Below, piece after piece: positions 6,485 to 16,200 of a stretch of 23,794 bases of DNA. Under the pieces are notes generated by a model. The model ran no database searches and was not told the origin of the DNA. It saw nothing but the letters and a program-made list of their open reading frames with translations. The position numbers and the translations under genes are program-made. Where the stretch lies: the NCBI GenBank assembly GCA_036337435.1, contig JAYZEG010000074.1, positions 1 to 23,794 of the forward strand, read 5' to 3'. Source of the stretch: Myxococcota bacterium (lineage in GTDB: Bacteria > Myxococcota_A > Bradymonadia > UBA7976 > UBA1532). Each line of letters begins with the position of its first letter. The stretch's first letter is position 1.

Positions 6485-8683
6485 TTACTGCAGCTTAAGG
6501 ATGAATTTTGTATCGGAGATGAGCGTGTCAACCAGTTCGCTCCGACTTCGAGCCCCCCTGTGAGAGACATCGAATCGAGGCTGCTTTCCCTTGAGCACAG
6601 CCTCAACCCAGACGCGTCCCCGAGCTGAGGGGGTTTCATCCGGTCTACACGTGCTTTCTATCACCAGAAAAGCGAACTTATGAAGAAGGTCGTAGACGGC
6701 TTCATAAACGCGTTCCCCACGTCCAAATGCTTCAATTTCAGACCATTCATAGGGGGTTAGTTCAGGTTTTATTTTGATTCGCCTCAGCAAAGCGAGGACG
6801 ACACTGGCCTCTAAGGAATGTAGGGGGCCGATGAGCATGGACGGTAGACCCGCATTGAAGCGTTCTATGGCATCTCGATGCCAATTGGACTCGGATTTCG
6901 CCGTAATTGCTTTCACACAAATCATGCTAAAAAGTCCGCTACTTCGACCACGATTTGTTCCCAAACGCACCGGCTCAAATCCACAAGTAGACCAAAACTC
7001 AACGAGCTCAGCGGTCACCCCAAAAGACGTCCCAAGGTAGTCTATACCCGACGCATGAGCTGCAGCCGCAACACGGTTAAGCAAGTATCGCCCAGCACCT
7101 CGCCGCCGATGAGGAGCATCAATCGCAATGCGCACGATACGCCAAAATGTATCGAGGGGCGCGTGTTCAAATCCGCAATGGTTAGCCAATGTCTGGGGCA
7201 CAAGGTGCCCACGCAAACGACGCCGCCCGCGGGTGATATCCGATGCCAACTCCGGGCTCAACCCGCCCTCCGCTGACATGACCACCACACCGATGAGTTG
7301 ACCGGCCAATTCCAAAGTCCAGATGTGGGTCTCTGGCGAATCGTATAAACGTGCTAAGTCCATCGGGGTCGTTCGATAGTGAGCATCGATCAGTAACTTG
7401 AAGATGGCATCAATTCGAGTGTCAAAGGTTTTGTCCAGAGGATCTAAGCGCACGCATTTAAAGTCCGTCGACATGCTCGTTTTCGTGTGCGTTTTTGTCT
7501 GAGAGCGAGACAAACCCAATGCATCGAGTAGCGCTGTTTCAAGTGGATCATGTTCAGACCAGCGGATAGGCTGTCTGAGCTCACATTTCCGCCAATTGGG
7601 ACGATTGGCATCGAGATGCTCAGTGAACCGAATCGAAAACCCACGCCCGGTCCCTTCATACCCATGCTCCGTTGTAGAAAAAACCGTTCGATTGTAACAC
7701 TCGAGAACTGACTTCAAAATTTCGACAGGCAGCGCAGCCGCCTCATCAACAATTGCAAAATCCGCTTTTGGTAGAGACTTCGCGCACTCAGCCGGCGTAA
7801 GCAAAGTCAAAACGCTATCGCCAAAACAGAGTGTATTCTCTTCCACTTTTGAGCCATCACACTGGTCTAAAATTTGCTGTACCAGTGGATTTATCGACCG
7901 TCGTGTGGGCGAAATTACAACACCTGTTTTACGTCGTGTCTGTATGGACTGCGCTACCGCAAGACCGAGCGCAGCGGTTTTGCCCCGACCCCGATCCGAC
8001 GACAGGACCAGAGGTCTGTTCTTTCGTCCATCAAGTGCCTTAACAATCTTTTCTATGGCACTGGCCTGGTCTGGTGTCCGAGCAGGCTTAATTTCGGAGG
8101 GGCACTCATTCGACCACGATTGTTCACTCAAATCCGGTAAATTTAACTCAGCGACTTCACCCATCATCTCATCCCAAACCAGGGCATTCGAACAGGCGGC
8201 AAGCCGCGTCCAGAACCGAGTTGTATATCTCTGTCCGACACGGGCGATGGCCTTCTCATCCGTGGTCAGACGACGCGCGAGTTTCGGGCCTGTTCGATGA
8301 TTCGCCCAAGCAGGCCTGAGAAAAATCATCACTCCCCCACCAACGACCGTACCAGACGCGGCACCGATGAGATCTGGGTCAAGCCCCTCCATACAATCGA
8401 TCACCAAACAATCTACTTCCGTACCCAAAACGACGCTAGGTTGATTGGCTTTTAGATTGGGCAGGTCTGGGATTGTCCAATCATGATCAGACAATAAGAG
8501 GCAGCGGCCGTTTAGCTTAGATATGACGTCAACCACCAATTCATGGCACCAGCTCCGTGAGCCAGCGAGAATACAAGCCACCCGCATGCCACTTTTGCCT
8601 GCAGCGCTCCGTTTCTGATGGATGAGGGCCGCGATCTGCGACGGTGTAAAATCAGACAGGCTCAACGTACTAGGCAGTCTCAT
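6485..8683 (-). CDS. tmcA: tRNA(Met) cytidine acetyltransferase TmcA (helicase-like ATPase + GNAT + C-terminal RNA-binding domain)
   Basis: LGTE..GTVVGGG N-domain, Walker A DRGRGKT, VDEAAALP, STTEHGYEGTGRGF, PIRW..DPLE, AHYRTTPMDL, GHLVPQ, and GNAT RIVRIAI..RRRGAG. Likely start is ATG8683, overlapping the upstream gene by 14 nt. Confidence 0.92.
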   Translation of the reverse strand: MRLPSTLSLSDFTPSQIAALIHQKRSAAGKSGMRVACILAGSRSWCHELVVDVISKLNGRCLLLSDHDWTIPDLPNLKANQPSVVLGTEVDCLVIDCMEGLDPDLIGAASGTVVGGGVMIFLRPAWANHRTGPKLARRLTTDEKAIARVGQRYTTRFWTRLAACSNALVWDEMMGEVAELNLPDLSEQSWSNECPSEIKPARTPDQASAIEKIVKALDGRKNRPLVLSSDRGRGKTAALGLAVAQSIQTRRKTGVVISPTRRSINPLVQQILDQCDGSKVEENTLCFGDSVLTLLTPAECAKSLPKADFAIVDEAAALPVEILKSVLECYNRTVFSTTEHGYEGTGRGFSIRFTEHLDANRPNWRKCELRQPIRWSEHDPLETALLDALGLSRSQTKTHTKTSMSTDFKCVRLDPLDKTFDTRIDAIFKLLIDAHYRTTPMDLARLYDSPETHIWTLELAGQLIGVVVMSAEGGLSPELASDITRGRRRLRGHLVPQTLANHCGFEHAPLDTFWRIVRIAIDAPHRRRGAGRYLLNRVAAAAHASGIDYLGTSFGVTAELVEFWSTCGFEPVRLGTNRGRSSGLFSMICVKAITAKSESNWHRDAIERFNAGLPSMLIGPLHSLEASVVLALLRRIKIKPELTPYEWSEIEAFGRGERVYEAVYDLLHKFAFLVIESTCRPDETPSARGRVWVEAVLKGKQPRFDVSHRGARSRSELVDTLISDTKFILKLQ

Positions 8684-10670
8684 CCGTCGGTTCGTCGACG
8701 ACGACAAGGACGAGACCAGCCTCAACAATATCGCCCTCAGCGCAACCGACCTCTGATACGTGTCCAGCCGATGGAGCAACCAGCACTTGCTCCATCTTCA
8801 TCGCTTCCAACACAACCAATGGCTGGCCGGCTTCAACCACGTCTCCGACTTTGACGTGAAGTTGAATCACTCTACCCGGCATCGGGGCAGTACAACCGCC
8901 CACCACAAAATCAGTTTCTGCCTTCGGAAATCGAGGGTCTTCCTGCAGAAACATCGCATGCCTATCGCCGATGACAAAGACGCCATCTGTCGTCGGTACG
9001 ACTTTAAACTTCACGAGCTGACTTAACTCGGTATCGGCTGCTTTCAATCTCAGGGAGATCGTGTCATCGATACGCCTGACCGCATCAACGGTGAATTGGT
9101 CTGAATCCACAGAAACGCGATAGTCGTTCCCGTTTGCCCGCTGATAGCCAACGCCAAATCGTTGATCACGAAATTGCCAATGGTCGACTATTGGTGGAAT
9201 TGGGTTGTTACGCCAACCTGGACGCACATTGGGCAAAACCGCGCGTTGTTCTGCACGAGCCTCAGCGAAGTAGACTGCGGCTGAAACAACACCATGTACG
9301 ATGGTTTGCTGACTCGGCTCAATCGCCCAGTCCGAATAGTGGTCCGCAAGGAAGTGCGTACTGAAATCCCCACGCTCAAAGTGCTGGTCTCTCAGCACAT
9401 CAGCTAAAAAAAGACGATTCGTAGTGACACCGGCAATCGCTGACTGTTCCAAGGTTCTCGCAAGTTTACGGACAGCGGACGCACGGTGAGGTGCCCAAGC
9501 AATCACTTTAGCGAGCATGGGGTCATAATCGATGCCGATGGTGGTGCCGACGCGCACCCCACTGTCGATGCGTACACCATCATGAGTGGGAATGTCCCAA
9601 GCGACGAGCTGCCCTGTGGCAGGTAGAAATTCATTCTCGGGGTCTTCGGCATAAATTCGAGCTTCAATCGCATGACCGCTGCGCGTTATGGTGTCCTGAG
9701 GTGGCAAGGATTCCCCTGCTGCAACTCGCAGCTGCCATTCAACCAGATCGAGACCGGTAATCATTTCGGTTACTGGATGCTCGACCTGTAAGCGCGTATT
9801 CACTTCCAGAAAAAAGAACTCTCCCGATGGTGCCATAATGAACTCTACGGTGCCCGCGCCAATGTAGCCGAGTGCTTCACCTGCCGTCACGGCCGCATCA
9901 CAGAATTTCTGCCTCAGCGCGTCATCTATGGCCATGGATGGTGCCTCTTCGATGACTTTCTGAAATCGTCTTTGGATACTGCACTCACGCTCGAAGCAAT
10001 GGATAACCTGCCCCGTCGAATCCCCTATGATTTGCACTTCGATGTGGCGTGGAGACTCAATATAGCGTTCCAGAAGCAACGCAGAATTACCGAAGGCTGA
10101 CTCAGCCACTCGCCGGGCTGTCTTCAACGAATCCCTCAATTCCGCGGCTTGTCTGACGATAGACATGCCCTTACCGCCGCCGCCCGCTGCCGCTTTGACC
10201 AGAAGCGGGAATCCAATACGTTGGGCTTCTTCGATCAGAGTTTCATCAGCCTGATCGGAGCCACTATAACCGGGCGTCACGGGCACCCCCCTGGATTCCA
10301 TTAATGTCCGCGCTCGGGCTTTGTCACCCATAGCCTGGATGGCATCGACCCCCGGCCCAATGAACACGATTCCTGCATCGACAACGGCACCAGCAAAAGC
10401 CGCATTTTCTGCGAGGAATCCATAGCCCGGATGAATGGCATCGGCACCGGATACTTTAGCTGCTTCGATCACTTTTTCGATAGACAGATAGGACTCGGAG
10501 GCCGCAGCCGGACCCAAGCAGATGGCTTCATCAGCGAATTCAACATGGGGGGCGTCGAGGTCTGCTTCGCTAAATACAGCGACGGTCCCAAAACCCAAGT
10601 TGCGGCAAGTGCGCATAATTCGAAGTGCGATTTCACCCCGATTAGCCACGAGAACTTTCGAAAAACTCAT
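8670..10670 (-). CDS. Acyl-CoA carboxylase alpha subunit (biotin carboxylase + BT domain + biotin carrier); MCC/geranyl-CoA/AccA2-like
   Basis: ANRGEIA, HPGYGFLAEN, GGGGKGM, ERECSIQRR, EVNTRLQVEHPVTE, YDPMLAK, and the biotinylation motif EAMKM. Confidence 0.95.
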   Translation of the reverse strand: MSFSKVLVANRGEIALRIMRTCRNLGFGTVAVFSEADLDAPHVEFADEAICLGPAAASESYLSIEKVIEAAKVSGADAIHPGYGFLAENAAFAGAVVDAGIVFIGPGVDAIQAMGDKARARTLMESRGVPVTPGYSGSDQADETLIEEAQRIGFPLLVKAAAGGGGKGMSIVRQAAELRDSLKTARRVAESAFGNSALLLERYIESPRHIEVQIIGDSTGQVIHCFERECSIQRRFQKVIEEAPSMAIDDALRQKFCDAAVTAGEALGYIGAGTVEFIMAPSGEFFFLEVNTRLQVEHPVTEMITGLDLVEWQLRVAAGESLPPQDTITRSGHAIEARIYAEDPENEFLPATGQLVAWDIPTHDGVRIDSGVRVGTTIGIDYDPMLAKVIAWAPHRASAVRKLARTLEQSAIAGVTTNRLFLADVLRDQHFERGDFSTHFLADHYSDWAIEPSQQTIVHGVVSAAVYFAEARAEQRAVLPNVRPGWRNNPIPPIVDHWQFRDQRFGVGYQRANGNDYRVSVDSDQFTVDAVRRIDDTISLRLKAADTELSQLVKFKVVPTTDGVFVIGDRHAMFLQEDPRFPKAETDFVVGGCTAPMPGRVIQLHVKVGDVVEAGQPLVVLEAMKMEQVLVAPSAGHVSEVGCAEGDIVEAGLVLVVVDEPTDETA

Positions 10671-10688
10671 TGTGTCAGGCCCCTATTT

Positions 10689-12299
10689 TTAATGGCGAAA
10701 AACGCCGAACTCCATCGTACCCTCGACGGGCGCATTGAGCGCAGCCGACAGGGCGATCGCGATGACATTACGGGTATCTCGAGGATCGATCATGCCATCG
10801 TCCCATAGGCGGGCCGTCGCAAAAAACGCGTCTGATTCCTTGTCTATTTGCTTTTGAAGCATGGTTTTCATCATGGTCAACTCCATCTCATTGACCTCAA
10901 TTCCTCGCTTCGCCGCGGCACCACGCTTTACTATGTCGAGAACACCAGCGAGTTGCTCACCCCCCATCACGGCAATCTTATGGTTGGGCCAACTAAACAA
11001 GAAGCGGGGTTCATAGGCCCGACCACACATGGCATAGTTGCCAGCGCCGTAGCTCGCCCCCATCATGATGGTAATTGCAGGCACAGTGCTGTTGCTGACC
11101 GCATTAATCATTTTGGCGCCGTGTTTTATGATGCCACCCTGCTCGTATTCGGTCCCAACCATGAAACCGGTGATATTTTGTAGAAAAATGAGAGGAACCG
11201 ACTTCTGATTGCAGAGTTGAATGAACTGGGCTCCCTTATTGGCTGCTTCCGAAAATAGGACGCCTTGATTGGCCAAAATACCGACGGTGGTCCCATGAAT
11301 CGTTGCCCAGCCAGTAATCAGTGTCTTCCCATATTCAGGTTTAAACTCGTGAAATTTTGAGCCATCCACAACACGGGCAATCACTTCTCGCGAATCAAAA
11401 GGGACTCGAACGTCAGCGGATGCAATACCCAGTAAATCTTCGCAATTATAAATCGGTTCTTGGAACCCTTTGCGTGGAACTGGCCCCTGTTTTTTCCATT
11501 CGAGAAGACCCACAACCTCCCGCGCCAGGCGGATGGCATCCCGCTCATCCCCAGCGAGGTAATCACTGACACCGCTGATCCGGCTGTGCATAGCGGCCCC
11601 ACCGAGCTCTTCCTCGTCTGCGTCTTCGTTAGTCGCCATTTTGACCAATGGTGGGCCGGCGAGATAAACCTTTGCATTGTCTTGGACCATGATCACATAG
11701 TCGCTCATGCCAGGCACATAGGCACCACCCGCTGTCGAACTACCAAAGACGATACACACAGTCGGCGTCTTCGATTTGGACGCACGAGTCAGATCTCTAA
11801 ATCCGCGGCCACCTGGCACGAAGATCTTTGATTGATTGGGTAAGTCCGCACCCGCAGATTCCACCAGATTGACCGTGGGTAACATGTTTGCTTCCGCAAT
11901 TTCAGATAACCGTCGCGACTTGAGAACGGAATATTCATTCATGGCGCCACCCTTGACCGTTGACTCAGTGGCGACGATCATACATTCCACGCCAGACACC
12001 ACACCGATGCCACCGACGATGCTTGCACCCGGTTTAATTCCAGCGCCCGTCTTGTAGCCAGCCAATGGACACAACTCGAGAAAATGGCTATCCCGATCAA
12101 GCAAGAGTTCGATACGCGCCCTGGGGAGCAGTTTTCCCCTATCCAGGTGTCGGTTAACGTACTTCTCTCCACCACCCGCGTTGGCTACAGCAAACGCCTC
12201 ACGAAGCGACTCGATTCGCTCCAAATTAGACTCTCGATTCGCGAGAAAACTTGGTGCGTCACGATCGATTCGGCTCGAAATAGTACTCATCGAACTCAA
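10689..12299 (-). CDS. Acyl-CoA carboxylase carboxyltransferase (beta) subunit; MCC/AtuC/AccD2-like
   Basis: [72 protein letters not shown], and terminal FGVFRH. Start is TTG12299 (GAGGAGG 8 nt upstream) or ATG12290. Confidence 0.95.
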   Translation of the reverse strand: MSSMSTISSRIDRDAPSFLANRESNLERIESLREAFAVANAGGGEKYVNRHLDRGKLLPRARIELLLDRDSHFLELCPLAGYKTGAGIKPGASIVGGIGVVSGVECMIVATESTVKGGAMNEYSVLKSRRLSEIAEANMLPTVNLVESAGADLPNQSKIFVPGGRGFRDLTRASKSKTPTVCIVFGSSTAGGAYVPGMSDYVIMVQDNAKVYLAGPPLVKMATNEDADEEELGGAAMHSRISGVSDYLAGDERDAIRLAREVVGLLEWKKQGPVPRKGFQEPIYNCEDLLGIASADVRVPFDSREVIARVVDGSKFHEFKPEYGKTLITGWATIHGTTVGILANQGVLFSEAANKGAQFIQLCNQKSVPLIFLQNITGFMVGTEYEQGGIIKHGAKMINAVSNSTVPAITIMMGASYGAGNYAMCGRAYEPRFLFSWPNHKIAVMGGEQLAGVLDIVKRGAAAKRGIEVNEMELTMMKTMLQKQIDKESDAFFATARLWDDGMIDPRDTRNVIAIALSAALNAPVEGTMEFGVFRH

Positions 12300-12307
12300 T
12301 GGGTCTT

Positions 12308-12314
12308 CCTCCTC
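12308..12314 (-). promoter_or_regulatory. Strong Shine-Dalgarno GAGGAGG for the carboxyltransferase gene
   Basis: + strand cctcctc at 12308-12314, 8 nt from TTG12299. Confidence 0.7.
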
Positions 12315-12350
12315 ATTCTTCGCCTACTCATCCATAAATCATTGGGATGC

Positions 12351-12378
12351 ATCATACTTCGTTAAACCAAAATGGCAC
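12351..12378 (-). promoter_or_regulatory. Possible sigma70-type promoter GTGCCA-16-TATGAT for the carboxylase-tmcA unit
   Basis: Good -10 (TATGAT) and weak -35 in the 135-nt gap between rsmI and the carboxyltransferase gene. Confidence 0.25.
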
Positions 12379-12434
12379 GTCCAAATTGAATCTGTCTAGC
12401 GACACGACCCGGTTGTCTCCCCAAATGGGTTTAG

Positions 12435-13274
12435 TCAGCTCAGAACAGACATGACTCTCTTATAGACTTCGCCTCTCGCCATCCCGATTTGGCCCGCAAT
12501 ATCCTTCGCAATTTTAGAGGTCGATAAGCCCTCGGCACGCAGAGTCATCACAAGCGCCTGAAAAGCCTCTTCGTCCAATTCTAATTCACCAGTGAACCCG
12601 TCGATAAGAAGAACCATCTCACCGCGGACTGTACCGGGTTCAGCTTGAAGATCTCCAAGGGTTCCTCGATTGAATTCTTCAAATTTTTTGGTCAGCTCTC
12701 GAGCGATTACGGCTCGACGATCTGGACCAAAAACCTCGACTGCGACCCCAATCGCTCTCTCGATGTGATGTGGCCCGACATAGAACACAAGGGTATCTTC
12801 TGCTCGTTCTACAGCCTGGAAACACTTTCTCAGAGCATTTTCCTTGTGCGGCAGAAAACCTAGGAATCGAAAGGTCGCTGTGGACAATCCCGACGCACTC
12901 AGCGCAGCAATAACGGCACACGCCCCAGGGATCGGAATCGGTTGATACCCGGCATCAATTGCAGCATTGACGAAGCCGAACCCTGGATCGCTTATGGTCG
13001 GCGTTCCTGCGTCACTCACCAGGACAATCTTGTCGCCTTGTTCAAGCCGATTGAGCAATTCTGGAATTCGTCTCGACTCATTATGGTCATGCATACTGAC
13101 CAATCTTGGCTTAGCAATCCCGAGTAAGTCCATCAGCTTGGCAGTCTGACGCGTGTCTTCACATGCGATGATGTCGGCGTCTGCCAACAACCGACTGGCA
13201 CGCACCGTAATGTCTTCTAAATTACCGATGGGAACTGAAACCAAGAACAGGTCCCCTTGCTTTTCCGTTGACAT
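12435..13274 (-). CDS. rsmI: 16S rRNA (cytidine1402-2'-O)-methyltransferase
   Basis: PIGNLEDIT.RA, IACEDTR, LVSDAGTPTISDPG, PIPGACA, FLGFLP, ARELTKKFEE and RGEMVL. Confidence 0.96.
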   Translation of the reverse strand: MSTEKQGDLFLVSVPIGNLEDITVRASRLLADADIIACEDTRQTAKLMDLLGIAKPRLVSMHDHNESRRIPELLNRLEQGDKIVLVSDAGTPTISDPGFGFVNAAIDAGYQPIPIPGACAVIAALSASGLSTATFRFLGFLPHKENALRKCFQAVERAEDTLVFYVGPHHIERAIGVAVEVFGPDRRAVIARELTKKFEEFNRGTLGDLQAEPGTVRGEMVLLIDGFTGELELDEEAFQALVMTLRAEGLSTSKIAKDIAGQIGMARGEVYKRVMSVLS

Positions 13275-16200
13275 TAATCTTGCGAATCAATGCTGAAACC
13301 AAGTGCTTTTCTAAGGCCAAAATACTCGGTTGATATAGAAAAGAGGATTAACTCACGAACCCGGTCTGTTGTCGCTGCCCGGCTAAAGTTTCCCGTCTCA
13401 GTCTTGAGTACAGCAGCCGCCGACTGGAGATCATTAGCAAAAAGTAACCCGACACGATTCAACGTATGTTCTAGACCTTCCAACCAGTTCGACACATCGA
13501 GATGTTGTGTTGGATTCGCACTCATCTTCTTAATCAATTTATCCAAAGCTGTCAGGTCGGCCGGCTGCATTGTATGGGCAAAGTCTTTCAGCAGATCTTC
13601 ATGAGCCTTCACATTTGCGGTCTGGTTGACCAGCTTCATCACCGTATACACTGTTGTCTTCAGACGCTCCTTACGATGCTCATAGCTCGTATCAAAGCTC
13701 GAAAGAATGTGCTGTGCGCCCATCAGGGTCATCTGCTTAGCGGCCATAAAGGCAAGTTCTTGCATACGTGCACCACGGGACAGGTCGCCTCCGATGGCCA
13801 AGGCTGGCGGATTAAAGTTCAACACGTTTAATCCAGGCCGGTTTTGCGGGTCCTTGTAGCACTCGGGTCGAGTCGTTCGTAAACACTGTGCGACATAATT
13901 GAGCACGGTGTTAAATGGAGTTTTCTCATTCGGATCGTGAAGGTCTTTACGCTTGTGCACACCGGCATCTTTGAACGTATACGACATGGGTGCCATGGCA
14001 TGTGGGGCCACCTTCATGAAGAAGAGATCCATCAAAGAACTCTTGCCGGGATGCTTCAAAACATCCCAATGACCTGTGTCCAGGGCTTTCGTCATTTGGC
14101 GTAGAGTACGATTTCGATATTTCTCAAAAAATGCGCGATCTTCTTGGGATGCTTTGTCGAGGAAACAAAGAACCTGAGTGACACACCACGCCTCATCTAG
14201 CATGTCTGCTTCCATATAAAGGCGCTTGAGAGTGCGATAATTTTCAATGTTCTTCGGATCCTGCTGAATCAGAGTCTGATATTGATTTATCGCTTGGCTC
14301 GAATCATCATCTAACTCGTAGAGCTGTGCCAAAATCTGGGTGATGCCCGGATCGTCCGGCTTGCGCGTCAGCGCAATTTTATATGCTTTTGCAGCCTCAT
14401 CGAACCGCTTCAATCGTGACCGATTGATCTCACCCAAATTCTTTGCGAGAGAGAAAATCAGTTTGTCATCCAGCTGACTCTCCATCGCTCTTTTCAGCAT
14501 CTTTCGATAATAGCGGTCTTGGCGTTCGTAATCGCGGTCTTCTGTCAACATTTGGTCGATTGCTTCGAAGGCACGAAGCATCGTCGGGTCGGCGTCAAGC
14601 GCGTTATCAAATGAGCGAACGGCCAAAAATCGGTCTTCTAAGTACCGCTGTTGAATGGTGGCAACACCGCACCAGTATTTTGCTTTCCTTGCAGCGTTGT
14701 CCTCGAGTTCGGCGAGCTGAGTCAGCGTATCGACAGCCGCAGTCCAATTCTTCGCCAACTCATGCAGCCCCAACATTTTGCCCAGGAGCATTTTACTGCC
14801 GGGTTCTTCGTCTAATAGGCTTTGGTAAATCTCCAATGCAGCCTTGGGGTTATTGAGTTTACTCCCCAGAATGTCGCCGATCACGACACGTGTTTCAGTG
14901 CGCTCAATGCCAGGCTCCAATAGGTCGACAACGCGGCGTTTGTAATGGACAACATCTTCCCAGTCACCCCGGCCCTCATGGATATTGGCCACGGCAAGCA
15001 GACTTGGTCTGTGCTGGGGATCGACATCGAGTGCTTTTCTGAAGAAGTCCAATGCCTTTCGCTTTTCACCCACACTCAGCTTAATGATGCCTTGGCGGTT
15101 GAAGATGTCAGCCGTCCGCGCCTCGTCAAGATTCTCTCGATGATGAACCAAGACAGTCTGATAGATTTTAAATGCTCGGTCCCAATCTTCTTGTTCGACC
15201 AAGATCTCACCCATACCCTCTAGGGTGGGCAAGTGAGTACTATCCAACTCATAAGCGCGCCGGTAGTGCAGCAGAGACTTCTCGGTCTTGCGCAGCTCTT
15301 GGGCAACTCGACCCAACCGAAAATTTAAGTCCTGGGCCACCTGTGGCTCATAGTTTGCTTCCCGCTCAACCAGTAAGTCAAGCAGTGGCTCAGCCCGCGC
15401 GAACTGTCTGTCATTCCAATAGACATCGATGAGAATGTGAGCAGCTTCGACATTATCGGGCCATAAATCGATGGCTTGCTCACAATAGTCGATGGCCATG
15501 TTCTTATCGTCAAGATGCTGCTCGAAGATGCGACCTATCTCAAAGAAACACTGACTCTTCTCCTCAAGTTGTCTTGAGGCCGCTTCAACCATCTGGAGAA
15601 TCTGAATGGCTTCATTCCACTCGCCACGTTCCACATGAATGGATTTAAGGGCGGCAAGAATCCGTGTCTCATTTCGGTCGAGATCTAAGCCCTTACGATA
15701 CCATTCTTCTGCAGAATCTAGGACGCCCATCTTTTTATGGTAGATTTGACCGATGGCGTACATCCGATCGACGCGAACGCCATTGTCATCTTGTAAATCG
15801 ACCTCTTTGACCATCATCTCTATGGCTTGGCTCCACTCTTCTTGTTCCGAATACAACTCTGCCAAGGTGCGCACTGTTGGTAAGTCGTCGGCCTTTAAGT
15901 CGAGTATCGGCAGCAAGACGTCTATTGCTTGAGCCGCGTCTTGGAGTTTGGTTCTGATGATGTCACCCATGAGGGTGCGGACAGTCTGAACGTACTCCGC
16001 ATCCGATATGGCTTGAAGGTGCAACGAATAAAGATCGACAAGTTCGTCCCAGCGATCCTGCTCACTGAAAATGGCTTCAAGGGATTCAACGGCCACGACA
16101 TTACCTGGTCGGACGCCTATGATACGCCGAAATGTATCAACGGCCCCTTCAACATCTTGCATCGATTCCCGTTGAAGACTCGCCAAACGATGATAAATGT

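Noticed and set aside
3229..8683. arsM + radical SAM enzyme + GNAT-containing protein as an arsinothricin- or arsenosugar-like cluster
   Set aside because: The radical SAM protein has full KamA/PLP signatures rather than ArsL or ArsS features. The GNAT is an integral TmcA domain. A 391-nt gap and an unrelated gene separate arsM from the radical SAM gene.
8684..8779. N-terminal extension of tmcA in the ORF track, and similar extensions at 876-1004 and 6384-6446
   Set aside because: They overlap neighbouring genes or precede a better RBS and ATG. The downstream starts 8683, 1005 and 6383 fit the families better.
12373..12390. TGGCACG resembling a sigma54 -24 box
   Set aside because: There is no TTGC at the required spacing, and it points along the + strand where no gene follows.
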